The notes beneath the pieces were generated by a model. It saw only the letters and a program-made list of their open reading frames with translations, had not been told where the DNA came from and did no database searches. Source: an uncultured Verrucomicrobiae bacterium (GTDB taxonomy: Bacteria; Verrucomicrobiota; Verrucomicrobiia; Limisphaerales; Palsa-1400). From it: a stretch of DNA of 64,000 nucleotides. Shown here piece after piece: positions 1-10,800 of the stretch; position 1 is the stretch's first letter, and each line of letters starts with the position of its first letter. The stretch is from assembly GCA_963764165.1 (NCBI GenBank), contig CAVXRD010000002.1, positions 2,112,001 through 2,176,000 of the forward strand, in the 5' to 3' direction. The translations under genes were made by a program, and so were the position numbers.

Positions 1-87
1 CGCGGCGGCCATGGGCGACTGCTCGGCGTCATCATTGCGCAGGAAGCGCAAGATGACATTTGCGTCCACATGAACGCGCTGGCTCAC
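1..87 (-). CDS. PIN-domain (VapC-like) toxin, N-terminal part; runs off window edge
   Basis: Manual translation from GTG at 87: MSQRVHVDANVILRFLRNDDAEQSPMAAA. The VDANVILR motif is typical of PIN domains; the start overlaps the antitoxin stop (GTGA). Confidence 0.8.
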   Translation of the reverse strand, partial: MSQRVHVDANVILRFLRNDDAEQSPMAAA

Positions 88-329
88 GCTGAAGGCCCCT
101 CCTGAGCCGCGTCATCGGCCATCGCCTTTCGTCCCTTCTCCATTTCCCGGGGGTCCCTCCCCTTTCTGGTGCTGGCGACGCCAAAGAGACTGGCGACGGT
201 TGGGACTGGGCGGACAACAGCGGAGCCATCTGGATTGCTTTGCCAAAGAATTTTGGACGTCTTCCATCTCTTTCGAATGTGGGAAGGAACACTGGTTTGC
301 CCTTTACTTGAGATCAATGTCTTTACCAT
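84..329 (-). CDS. AbrB/MazE/SpoVT-family antitoxin
   Basis: N-terminus MVKTLISSKGQTSVPSHIRKR matches the AbrB-fold motif; translationally coupled to the PIN gene. Confidence 0.8.
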   Translation of the reverse strand: MVKTLISSKGQTSVPSHIRKRWKTSKILWQSNPDGSAVVRPVPTVASLFGVASTRKGRDPREMEKGRKAMADDAAQEGPSA

Positions 330-445
330 AAATAAAGGTAAAGCATTTCACGGCATTTTGTCAAAACGATTAGTCCTTTGGCTGGGGGAATTGGTTTTTT
401 CTTCCAATTCTCCCCGCTCCCGCTAAAAATTAACCGCACTCCGCT

Positions 446-991
446 ATGGCGAAGAACATTGTTTATTTCGATCTGGAAACCCAAAAATCCGCCGACGAGG
501 TCGGCGGCTGGGACAAAATTCGCGAGATGCGCATGAGCGTCGGCGTGACTTACAGCACGGCGCGCGGCGGCTACCGGATTTATCCGGAAGCCGAGGTGAA
601 CCTTCTTATTGACGAGCTTCGCCGGGCGGATCTCGTGGTGGGTTTCAACAGCCTGCGCTTCGATTACGAAGTGCTGGTGGGCCACAATCCATTCTTCGAC
701 GTGGATCAAATTCCGACCATGGACATGCTGGTGGAATTGCAGAAGACGCTGCAGCACCGTTTGTCCCTCGACTCCATCGCCTCCGCCACGCTCGGTGTTG
801 AAAAGACGAGCGAAGGCTTGCAAGCCATCCGCTGGTTCAAAGAGGGCAAGATGATGGAGATTGCGGAGTATTGCTGCTACGACGTGAAAATCACGCGCAT
901 GGTTCACGAGTACGCGATGTCCTACAAGCAACTGCATTACGTCAACCGCTTCGGCAAGAAATTGACCGTGCCGGTGGCGTGGAACGGTTGA
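446..991 (+). CDS. RNase H-like / DEDD-type exonuclease-domain protein (YprB/RNase_H_2-like)
   Basis: Motifs YFDLETQ, VGFNSLRFD, YCCYDV. Confidence 0.8.
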   Translation: MAKNIVYFDLETQKSADEVGGWDKIREMRMSVGVTYSTARGGYRIYPEAEVNLLIDELRRADLVVGFNSLRFDYEVLVGHNPFFDVDQIPTMDMLVELQKTLQHRLSLDSIASATLGVEKTSEGLQAIRWFKEGKMMEIAEYCCYDVKITRMVHEYAMSYKQLHYVNRFGKKLTVPVAWNG

Positions 992-1025
992 CCGCGCATT
1001 CCGCCGGAAGCGAATCCCCTTCGCG

Positions 1026-2120
1026 ATGAACACGCTCACCCGGCAAATCCACGACGAAATTCGCGAACGCGGGCCAATCTCGTTTGCGCGGTTCATGGAA
1101 TTGGCGCTTTACCAGCCGGGCCTCGGCTATTACGAGCGCCCCCAAGTCGTCGGGCGCGACGGGGATTTTTTCACCAGCGTCAGCGTTGGGCCGCTGTTCG
1201 GGCGGCTGCTCGCGTTTCAGTTTGCGCTTTGGATGGATTCTCTTTGTCCAGCGGGCGACGTTGATTTAGTCGAGGCCGGCGCACACCAGGGAGCGCTGGC
1301 GGCGGATATTCTTTCGTGGCTGTGCGAATTTCGCCCGAGTTTGTTCGACCGCGTCCATTACACAATTCTCGAGCCGTCGACAACAAGACGAACGTGGCAG
1401 GAGGAAACGCTGCTCGAATGGCGCACCCGCGTAAAGTGGGCGCCCGGCATTTCCGCCCTTGAGCCGGTAAATGGCGTTATTTTCTCCAACGAATTCCTCG
1501 ATGCTATTCCCGTCCATGTATTCGCCTGGAGCGCCGGCAATCAGAAGTGGGTCCAGGGTTGCGTGGCCAGCGCCGGCGAGAATTTTGCCTGGATATGGCG
1601 CCCGCCCGAGGAGTCACTGCGAACATATCTGCCGTTGATTCCGCCCGAGCTGGCCGAAGTGCTGCCCGACGGATTTGAGATCGAGATTTGCCCGCTGGCA
1701 TCGGAGTGGTGGGGAGTGGCCGCTTCGAAATTGCGCCGCGGGAAATTGCTGACGTTCGATTACGGACTGACTTCCGACGAGCGCCTCCATCCCCAGCGCG
1801 CCCGGGGAACGCTCCGCGCCTATGCCAAACATCACGCGACGGCGGACGTGCTCAATCAGCCCGGCAGCCAGGATCTCACCTCGCACATTGATTTTTCGGC
1901 GTTGAAAACCGCTGGCGAAGCCGCCGGTCTGCGGACAGAAACGTTCGTGCGCCAGTCTACTTTCCTCACCGAGATCATGGTGCAAACGCAAAAATCCCCC
2001 GGGCTCTTTGCGGCATGGGACGAAAAAATCACACGCCAGTTTCACACCTTGACGCACCCGGAGCATCTCGGCCGAAAATTCCGCGTGCTGGTGCAATCAC
2101 GCGATGTTCCTCCGGGCTAA
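1026..2120 (+). CDS. SAM-dependent methyltransferase, MidA/NDUFAF7 family
   Basis: FARFMELALY..GYY, GDFFTS, EAGAHQG, SNEFLDAIP, DYG, QDLTSHIDF. Confidence 0.9.
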   Translation: MNTLTRQIHDEIRERGPISFARFMELALYQPGLGYYERPQVVGRDGDFFTSVSVGPLFGRLLAFQFALWMDSLCPAGDVDLVEAGAHQGALAADILSWLCEFRPSLFDRVHYTILEPSTTRRTWQEETLLEWRTRVKWAPGISALEPVNGVIFSNEFLDAIPVHVFAWSAGNQKWVQGCVASAGENFAWIWRPPEESLRTYLPLIPPELAEVLPDGFEIEICPLASEWWGVAASKLRRGKLLTFDYGLTSDERLHPQRARGTLRAYAKHHATADVLNQPGSQDLTSHIDFSALKTAGEAAGLRTETFVRQSTFLTEIMVQTQKSPGLFAAWDEKITRQFHTLTHPEHLGRKFRVLVQSRDVPPG

Positions 2121-2151
2121 CCCGGCGGCCAATGGCGATCCTCCGTTGAAG

Positions 2152-2176
2152 GTGGCAGAGGCGTCTCGCCTCTGCC
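2152..2176 (+). repeat. Isolated REP-like hairpin with GTGG head (may also act as terminator)
   Basis: GT-GGCAGAGGCG-TCT-CGCCTCTGCC, a perfect 10-bp stem just after the methyltransferase stop. Confidence 0.45.
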
Positions 2177-2386
2177 GGGCTGACTCAGCGGGGATTCCCT
2201 GCCACTCCGTTCGTGAAGAATTATGTCACACACCTCGCGCGGAAATTCCGCACCAATGCAGGTTGACAGGCAGTCGTGAATTTGAGAGGCTCTCCGGCCT
2301 AGGATCGCACGCGTTCATGAGCAATGGGCAACGTAGAGCATTGTCCATCAGGGCGGATTGGCTTTCAAACAAAACCACGAAATACA

Positions 2387-5300
2387 ATGTACAACTCACT
2401 GCGCACTTCCACGATCCTGACGCGACGCCTTCCGGCATGGGCGGTCATTATTTCCGTTCTGATGATTTGGCCTGCGGCCTTGCGAGCGCAGTCCACTTAC
2501 GTATGGGCTGATAACGCGCAGGGCCAGGCTTATTTATACTGTCCAAATTGCGGATTCTCCGATTGCAACAGCTATTGGCCCAGCAATAATCTTTGGACCC
2601 AAACCTATCAAACCAACCAAGGCTGCAATCGCCAGGGAACGGTGGAATCAGAGCCAAGCAATTGGAATCCTTACACCACAAACGATCCTGCGCTTGGCGT
2701 GGGTGTGTATCCCGGCGGCCCGGGCGGCGAAGGGTTGTCTGTCGTGCTTGGGGCGCCTGCGAACACTTACCTGAATGCCAATGCGTATATCGATCAGCTC
2801 ACCATTCTGCCCAGCGGACAATTGACGCTCGGCGGCGGAACTCTGACCGTGCTCAGCGCCGTCATTGAAGGAGACGGCGCGCTCGTCCAGGCGGGGAATG
2901 ATTTGATCTCGGTGCCGCAGAACGGCGTGTTTGAAAAAGTGGCCGGGACAAACACCTACACGGTGCAACCGGCGGTTCTTTTTAACAACGCCTTCGCAAT
3001 ATCTTCGAGCGGGACGCTCGTTCTCAACGGCCAAAACGGCACTCCAAGCCTCAATGGGTCCTTCGAGACGTGGCCTGGCTGCGTCATTGACCTAACCGGG
3101 GGTTCCTCCTCGCTTTGGTCCGGAACGATGACCGGCCTGAACGCTTTCGGCGCTCTTTCCGCCGCCGATTGCGGGCAAGTGCAACTGAATAGTGGCAGCA
3201 TTGATAGTGAGAGCGGCGAATTGGTGACGTTGAATTTTCCAACCAATCACTTGTGGTGGAATGGCGGCAGCCTGTCGGGAACATTCGATAACACCGGCGG
3301 CATCATTGTTGATTCCGCGGGAGGACCCACCTTGGGAGGCACCCTTTATAACGACGGTTCCATCTACGAAACCAACGCGGGCCAATTAAACGACGGAATC
3401 TTTTTCAACGATGCAAACGGAATTTTCAAGTTTGTAGGAGATGGCTCCATTGGGTCGGGAATGACCTTTGTCAATTCGGGCCTCGTGGAGAAGTCCGAAG
3501 GCGCCAGCAACTCGACCATTAACAACGTCCAGGGTGAGGGCGGCACATTCAAAGTGGACACCGGCACACTGACGCTGGCGGGTGATAATCTGAGTTCGAA
3601 CGGCATATTTTCCGTGGCGTCCGGGACCGTGCTGGATTTAACCGGCGGCAGCCGTCCCACCTGGGCCGGCGCGATGAGCGGCAGCGGTGGTGGCACGGTC
3701 CTGCTGGCCGACGGTCGTCTTTACAGCGCGGAGTCTGGATTGACGCTGGCGTTTGCGCCGAACACATTTTTGTGGACGGGCGGCCAGATATGGGGCGGTG
3801 GCGGCCCCGTCACAAATAACATGTCGATCCAGATTGCCGCCAGCAATGCGCCGGGGCTCGCCTACTGCGGTTTCTACAATAACGACGCGATCATTCAAAC
3901 GAATGGTGGGAACTTTGATGTCGGCCAGTACGCATTCGTGAATGAGCCGCAAGCTCACTATTTCTTTGCCGGTGATGGCGGCAGCCTCAGCGGCGGGCTT
4001 TTTATCAATTATGGCCTCATCGACAAAACTTCCGGCACCGGCAGCTCCACCATTACCTGCCAACTCGACAACTTGGGGGGAACCATCGAGGCCGACTCCG
4101 GGACGCTTGCCCTGGCGAGCGGAGGAACGAGTTCAAACGCGACATTTATCCCCGAACTAAATGCGGTGATTGACCTTACCGGCGGAAACAATGGCGCGAC
4201 TTGGACGGGGACTTTGACAGGCTCCGGCGATGGCAGAGTTTTGCTAACGAACGGCGTCTTCAGTTTCCCTTCGAACGGGTTGAATCTCAACTTTCCTCCC
4301 GGTCTTTTTTGGTGGATGGGCGGGGCCATTGAAGCGGAGCAAACCGGCGCCCCCTATACCAACATTGGTTCGATCACGATTTCGCCGGCTAATGCGCCTG
4401 CGAATGCATACGGCGCCTTCTATAACTTCGGGATCATCCACGAAACCAACGCCGGGAATTTCAACGTCGGCGCCATCGCGCTCGTGAATCAAGCAGGCGG
4501 GGTCTATGACTTTGATGGCAATGGCGGCATCGTCGGGAATCAATTCCTCAATTACGGCCTCCTCGACAAGAAATTCGGCGCCGGAATCTCCACGATCAAC
4601 TGCCAATTCATAAATCTGGGCGGAACGATCGAAGCTGACTCGGGCACGCTCGCGCTGGCGAATGGAGGGTTAAGCTCAAACGCGACTTTTGTGGCAGGAC
4701 CAAATGCGGTGATCGACCTCACCGGAGGAAACAATTCCGGCGCGTGGACTGGAACATTGACGGGGTCAGGCCAGGGCGAGATCACCCTTGCCAGTGGCTC
4801 CATCACTTTCCCTTCGAACGGATTGAACCTGAATTTCGCTCCCGGGCTTTTTTTGTGGACCGGCGGCGGCATTTACGCCGAGCAAACCGGCGCAGGTTAT
4901 ACCAATTTCGGTTCGATCACGATTTCGCCGGTCAATGCGCCGGCTAACGCCTATGGAACTCTTTTTAATAACAGCATCATCCACCAGACGAACACGGGGA
5001 ATTTCAACGTCGGCGCCATCTCGCTCGTAAACCAACTTGGCGGAATCTATGAATTCGATGGCGACGGCGGCATCACCGGAAATCAATTTGTCAACTACGG
5101 CCTGTTAAAGAAACGCTGCGGCACGAATGTATCGGCCATGAACAATTCCCAAACAATCAACTACGGCGGAATTGAAGTGGATTCCGGCGCGATTTCCGTG
5201 CCTGGTGGATTCTCGATGGGCGGCGGAAATTTGACCGTCGCTCTCGGCGGCGATGGCCCTGGCCAAGTCGGGCGACTGGCCGTGCAAGGCTCCGTGGCCC

Positions 5301-5707
5301 TGAGCGGCGGATTGCAGGTTGTGCTCACGAACGGTTTCTTTCCCGCCGTCAGCAACACATATCAAATCGTCTCGTGCAGCAGCCTGAGCGGAACGTTCAC
5401 CAATTTCAGCCTGCCCAAAGGCTTGTCACTCGCCTATAGCAATAGCGGTGTGTATGTGGTGGTAGGAACCTTGCCAGTGACCATCCAGTCGCCGTCACTG
5501 ACCAACGGCGCATTCTCCTTCGGCTTTCAAACCCAGAGCAACCAAAGCTACCTCATTCAAGAAGCTACCAACCTGGCCCCGGCGCTGTGGAGCCCCTACT
5601 CGAACTTCAGCGGAAGCGGCGCATGGATGCAATTCACGGTGCCAACCACGAATCTGTTGCAGCAATATTTCCGAGTCAGCGAGCCCACGAACGGCAGCGG
5701 GAATTGA
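2387..5707 (+). CDS. Large secreted beta-strand-repeat (adhesin/passenger-like) protein with ~181-aa internal repeats and a C-terminal FRV/FYR-type domain
   Basis: Signal-peptide-like N-terminus ending AALRA|QS; G/N/S/T-rich repeats (NLGGTIEADSGTLALA twice, 543 bp apart). ORF track starts at 2324; ATG 2387 preferred. Confidence 0.8.
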   Translation: MYNSLRTSTILTRRLPAWAVIISVLMIWPAALRAQSTYVWADNAQGQAYLYCPNCGFSDCNSYWPSNNLWTQTYQTNQGCNRQGTVESEPSNWNPYTTNDPALGVGVYPGGPGGEGLSVVLGAPANTYLNANAYIDQLTILPSGQLTLGGGTLTVLSAVIEGDGALVQAGNDLISVPQNGVFEKVAGTNTYTVQPAVLFNNAFAISSSGTLVLNGQNGTPSLNGSFETWPGCVIDLTGGSSSLWSGTMTGLNAFGALSAADCGQVQLNSGSIDSESGELVTLNFPTNHLWWNGGSLSGTFDNTGGIIVDSAGGPTLGGTLYNDGSIYETNAGQLNDGIFFNDANGIFKFVGDGSIGSGMTFVNSGLVEKSEGASNSTINNVQGEGGTFKVDTGTLTLAGDNLSSNGIFSVASGTVLDLTGGSRPTWAGAMSGSGGGTVLLADGRLYSAESGLTLAFAPNTFLWTGGQIWGGGGPVTNNMSIQIAASNAPGLAYCGFYNNDAIIQTNGGNFDVGQYAFVNEPQAHYFFAGDGGSLSGGLFINYGLIDKTSGTGSSTITCQLDNLGGTIEADSGTLALASGGTSSNATFIPELNAVIDLTGGNNGATWTGTLTGSGDGRVLLTNGVFSFPSNGLNLNFPPGLFWWMGGAIEAEQTGAPYTNIGSITISPANAPANAYGAFYNFGIIHETNAGNFNVGAIALVNQAGGVYDFDGNGGIVGNQFLNYGLLDKKFGAGISTINCQFINLGGTIEADSGTLALANGGLSSNATFVAGPNAVIDLTGGNNSGAWTGTLTGSGQGEITLASGSITFPSNGLNLNFAPGLFLWTGGGIYAEQTGAGYTNFGSITISPVNAPANAYGTLFNNSIIHQTNTGNFNVGAISLVNQLGGIYEFDGDGGITGNQFVNYGLLKKRCGTNVSAMNNSQTINYGGIEVDSGAISVPGGFSMGGGNLTVALGGDGPGQVGRLAVQGSVALSGGLQVVLTNGFFPAVSNTYQIVSCSSLSGTFTNFSLPKGLSLAYSNSGVYVVVGTLPVTIQSPSLTNGAFSFGFQTQSNQSYLIQEATNLAPALWSPYSNFSGSGAWMQFTVPTTNLLQQYFRVSEPTNGSGN

Positions 5708-5811
5708 CGAATTTGTGAAAACTCGCAATCTGGCGAGAGAGTTCTAGATGCTCGCATTTGCGCATCTAGTTTTGGCTTGAATTTGAAAGAATAGGGATCA
5801 GAGTTCAAATC

Positions 5812-7836
5812 GTGTCCTTGGCAATACGATCTCGATCCTCCTTCCTGGCGGCTATTGCGCTTTTGACGATTTTTAGTCTTTCCCCCGCGGCTTGGGCATC
5901 CGGTGTGGTATCCAACGCCACCGAAAGCTCACTGGTGGCCGCGATGGCTGGCGGCGGCAGCGTGACCTTTGCCATCAACGGGACGATTTACCTTTCCAAC
6001 ACTATTGTCATCTCCGATAACACCGTGCTCGACGCCACCGGCCACAACGTGGCAATCAGCGGCAGCAATGCTGTGCAAATATTCGTCATCAATTCCAGAA
6101 CGACCGTGTCGATGACAAATTTGAGCCTTATTAACGGTTATGTCCGAGGTGCCTTTTTTACAGACGGAACTGGAGGGGCGATTTCGAATTCCGGCACACT
6201 TCAAATCACGGCCTGCTCTTTCATAAGCAACAACGTAGTCGGCATAAGCGAGCCAACAGCCTACGCGAGCGGGGGCGCCGGCGGGGCCATATTTAATTCC
6301 GGCATTGTGGCTGCTCAATCCTGCTTGTTTTTTGGAAATTCCGCCACCGGAGGCGGTGGCGGCCTTGGCACGACCTTCCAAGAGATTGCCGCGCCGGGCG
6401 GAGCTGCTGCTGGCGGCGCTTTTCTTAATGCAGGTCAGGCAACATTCATCAACTGCGTCTTTTCCAATAACGCAGCCGTTGGCGGAGTTGGAGGCACGCC
6501 CTATCCGAATGGCGATCCGGGCTACGGCGGGCAAACCGGCGGCGAAGCTTGGGGAGGCGCCATCTTCAGCGAGGGGACTCTGATGGCGTCGAACAGCGCC
6601 TTTGTCGGAAACGTGGCTGCTGGGGGAAACGGGGGATTCGGCACCGCTGCGGCAGCACAAGGCGCGGACTACGCATATTCAGGAGGCGCCGGCGGAAGCG
6701 GGGGCAACGGCAATGGGGGAGCCATCTGCGTCGGGGGAGGATTCTCTGTGGTTGTGAATGACACATTTTGGGGCAACAGCGCCACTGGCGGCACGGCGGG
6801 TCCAGGTGGCGCGGGTGAGGCTGCAGATGTCCCACGCGGGCCGGGCGGAAACGGCGGAAACGGTGGGGCAGGCGGCACCGGTTCGGGCGGCGGACTTGGC
6901 ATACAGTCCGGTGCGATCCTAGCTTGGAATATAACGTTGGCCTCGAATTCCGTCGCTGCCGGGGCGGGAGGGGCCGGAGGGGCTGGCGGCACTGGCCTCG
7001 AAGCAACTACCGGTGCGCCGGGAGCAGCCGGTTCGGCCGGCACCGCTGGAGGGGATTGCATCGGCAATCTTGGTGGCACGATGACTTTGAAAAATTCCAT
7101 CCTCAGCCCGAACGCTGCCGCCGACACGAACATCTTCGGTCCGGTTGTCGATGCAGGGTATAACCTCAGTTCCGACCAGCAAGACACGTTAACGAACGCA
7201 ACCAGCCTCAACGGCGTCGATCCCGTTCTGGCCCCCTTTGGCAATTACGGCGGGCCGACCCCCACCATGGCGCTGCTGCCCGGCAGCCCCGCCATCGATG
7301 GAGCCGATCCCGCCGATTTCCCCGCCACCGATCAACGCGGAGTCCCCCGGCCCTTCGGCCCCGCGCCGGACATAGGTGCATTTGAGAGCACCTCTTCCGT
7401 CACCGTTTCCGGCCAGATCACCGGCTTGTGGTCGAATGATCAGGCAACAGTCATTGCAGGCCATGGTCTAACGCTGACCACCAACCAAGGCACTTATTCG
7501 TTCACGGTGGATGATGGCCCCTTTTCCATATCGCCCAGCAACGCCAACTACGTTTTCGTCCCACCTTCGCGAACCGTCAGCCTGACTTCCAACCAAACCG
7601 GAGTCAATTTTCAAGCCTACAGGAAGAATGCGGTCACGTTGGGAACTCCCTCACCCGTTGCCTTCAATCTCATCTTTGCGGGTAGCAACGGCCAAGTGTT
7701 CAGGATAGAGGCCTCCATCGATCTTACAAGCTGGACGCCCATCGCCACAAACACCATTGGCGGCACGGGTTATTTGAATGATTCATTCCCCAAGAGCAAC
7801 GCGGGCGGCCAATTCTACCGGCTCGTTTCGCCATAA
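5812..7836 (+). CDS. Secreted glycine-rich beta-helix protein with choice-of-anchor-Q-like domain and C-terminal FYR domain
   Basis: Signal peptide AAWA|SG; GGAIxNxG repeats; DPVLAPFGNYGGPTPTMALLPGSPAIDG...DQRG...PDIGAFE. Confidence 0.8.
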   Translation: MSLAIRSRSSFLAAIALLTIFSLSPAAWASGVVSNATESSLVAAMAGGGSVTFAINGTIYLSNTIVISDNTVLDATGHNVAISGSNAVQIFVINSRTTVSMTNLSLINGYVRGAFFTDGTGGAISNSGTLQITACSFISNNVVGISEPTAYASGGAGGAIFNSGIVAAQSCLFFGNSATGGGGGLGTTFQEIAAPGGAAAGGAFLNAGQATFINCVFSNNAAVGGVGGTPYPNGDPGYGGQTGGEAWGGAIFSEGTLMASNSAFVGNVAAGGNGGFGTAAAAQGADYAYSGGAGGSGGNGNGGAICVGGGFSVVVNDTFWGNSATGGTAGPGGAGEAADVPRGPGGNGGNGGAGGTGSGGGLGIQSGAILAWNITLASNSVAAGAGGAGGAGGTGLEATTGAPGAAGSAGTAGGDCIGNLGGTMTLKNSILSPNAAADTNIFGPVVDAGYNLSSDQQDTLTNATSLNGVDPVLAPFGNYGGPTPTMALLPGSPAIDGADPADFPATDQRGVPRPFGPAPDIGAFESTSSVTVSGQITGLWSNDQATVIAGHGLTLTTNQGTYSFTVDDGPFSISPSNANYVFVPPSRTVSLTSNQTGVNFQAYRKNAVTLGTPSPVAFNLIFAGSNGQVFRIEASIDLTSWTPIATNTIGGTGYLNDSFPKSNAGGQFYRLVSP

Positions 7837-7847
7837 TTTGATCGCTT

Positions 7848-10800
7848 ATGATCTCGAAGATTAAATTAGGCCGCGCCAATATCACGGGGTTCCTGATCTT
7901 CGCACTTGGCTGGCTGGCTATGAGCCTCGCACACGCACAAATCACCAATTATGCGCTTGGAACCACCAATCTCGTCGTAGGGCCGGCCTCAGGAACCAAC
8001 AGCGTGCTGCTCGGAGTAACACCCGCGACAGCCACTTGGACTGCCAGCGCCACCGTGAGTTGGCTGCATCTAAGCCTCGAAAATCAGAGCGGAACTGGCA
8101 GTACTAATTTGGTTTTTACTTTTGATGCGAATCCTGGTGAAACACGCGGTGGCGCGCTGACTATCTCCGGCTTGACGCTCATCGTCACCCAAGCCGGCTC
8201 AACGTATGTTGCGGCTGGGGTGGTGACCGCGCTGCCGATCGGAGGCGTTGAATGTGTGGCTGTGGACAGGGCGGGCGATGTCTATGCTGGATCTTGTTAT
8301 GCGGGTGGACAAGCTTACGGGTGGCCGTATGGCGCGATTTACGAATGGCGGCCCACCGATAACGCTGTAAGCACATTGTTCAATGCGGAACTTTATGGTG
8401 TTTATGGTCTCGCTGTTGACGGCCCAGGCAATGTTTATTTCTCGTACGACAACTATTATTCTTCGGGCGGCGTCATCGATAAACTGACGGCGTCTAACAG
8501 CGCGATATCCGGTTTTGAATCTGGAATGAATATGCCAATCGGCGTGGCGCTGGACGCCACAGGGAACTTGTTCGTGGCCGACAGTGGCAATAACGCCATT
8601 AAGGAATGGGCCGCCGTGAACAACACGGCCATGACCCTGGTTTCTTCCGGATTAAAAACTCCGCAAGGCGTGGCCGTGGACGCCGCAGACAATGTCTATA
8701 TCGCCGATACCGGCAATAACGCCATCAAGGAATGGTTGGCGGCAGACAACACGATCATCACTTTGGTGTCGTCTAATCTTAACGGGCCCGAAAGCGTGGC
8801 AGTGGACGGGGCCGGGAACGTGTACATCGCCGATACCGGCAACTACGCGATCAAGAAATGGTCGGCAGCAAACAGTCAGGTGAGCACTTTGGCCTCGGGA
8901 CTGAGCTATCCGGGAGGAATTGCAGTTGACATACAAGGCAACATCTATATTGCCGACAATACGCTGCCCTATTATGAGCTCGAATGGGAATTCGGCACCC
9001 CAACTTCCAGCGGCGTCGTTAAAGAATTACCGCGTGCCTTTGTGGATCCTAACCTTAGGCTGGAGAGTCTGGCCGCGGGCAACGATTCTCTGCCCGCCGT
9101 GTTGCCTGCCACCGAGAATCTTCAGGGCCCGTTCGCCCCCATCAGTCACGAGGCATGGCTGACCATCACCGGCATCACCAACGGCATAGTGAGTTTTTCT
9201 TTTACTGCCAGCTCCTCCAACCGCACGGGCTTCATTACTTTGCTGGGGCAAACTATTCCAGTTGCGCAAGGTGCTGAGACATTCGTGTATTCTCTGGGCA
9301 CACACGCACTGCTGGAAGGACCAAGTGCTGGCAGCGATAGCGTCGCTCTGGCGGTAAGCCCCTATTTTGGGCCACTGAATGCCACCGCCAATGCCACTTG
9401 GTTGCATCTGAGCATGGCGAATGAAACCTGCGACGGCAGCACAAACGTGGCTTTCAGTTACGATGCCAATCCAGGCGCGACCCGTTCCGGCACCCTGACC
9501 ATTGCCGGACAAACGGTCACGGTGACCCAGGCAGGCTCAACTTACGTCGCGGCCGGCACGGTAACATTGGTGTCCTCCGGACTTGGCCAACCCAAGGGAA
9601 TGGCGGTGGACCCGGCGGGTAACCTTTATATTGCGGACAACGTCAGCAATGCGGTTTGCAAATGGTCTCCGGCTGACAACAGCCTGACTACGTTGATCTC
9701 TTCGGGTTTATCGGAGCCGGCTGGCTTGGCGCTGGATAGCTCGGAAAATCTTTACATCGCCGATTACGGTGACAACGCGATCAAGGAGTGGAACCAATCC
9801 AGCCAAAGCCTGACCCCCCTATTGACCTCGGGAATCTACGCGCCCCTTGGCGTCGGCCTGGACAGCGCGAACAATGTCTACACTTTCTATGAGATATATT
9901 ATGGAGCATATGCACTCAAAGAATGGATTCCCGGCACCGGCACCCTAAACACGCTGATACCCAGTGTGCTGTCGAATCCTTTCGACCTGGCATTCGATGT
10001 TGCAGGCAATGCCTATATCTCCAGCTCAGGCAACTACGCGATCTATAAGTGGACTGCCATTAACAGTAATTTGACGACGGTGTACTCATCCGCTTCAGCG
10101 AATTTTTCAGGCATAGTAGTGGACGGATCGGGAAATGTTTATGTCGGCGATGGGGCCAGCAATGTCGTCTGGAAGTGGTCGGCGGCGCAGAACGCGGCCT
10201 CCCCGTTAGTATCATCGGGCCTAAATATTCCTCTGGGCCTGGCAATGGATAGTGCAGAAAACCTTTACATAGCCGACAGCCTCAATGCAGCCATCAAAGA
10301 ACTGCCGCATGCCTTCGTGGACCCAACGGTCAGATTGGAGGGTGCCACCGCCGGTGCGGATGCTTTGCCAGTCGTGCTGCCAGCCACCCAGAATTTGCTC
10401 CCACCATTAGCTCCCGCCAGCGATCGGAGTTGGTTAACCATTAGCGGCATCACCAATGGCGTGGTTAGCTATTCCTTTTCCGCCACCACTTCCAATCGGA
10501 CAGCCCATATCCTTTTGCTCGGCCAGAGCATTCCTGTCACACAGACAACCAATACTTATGCTTTCGCAACAAATCTCATAAGGGAGAGTCCGATCGCAGG
10601 AAGCGATAGCGTTTTGTTGGAGGTAAACCCGGGCACCGTTGCCTGGACAGCTGCGGCTAATGTCGGTTGGTTGCATTTGAGTTCGGCGAGTCAAAGCGGT
10701 ATTGGCAGCACATATCTGGTTTTCAGTTTCGATGCCAATCCGGGCACGACGCGCACGGGTACCATTACCGTCGCCGGCCAGACTCTGACTGTCATTCAGT

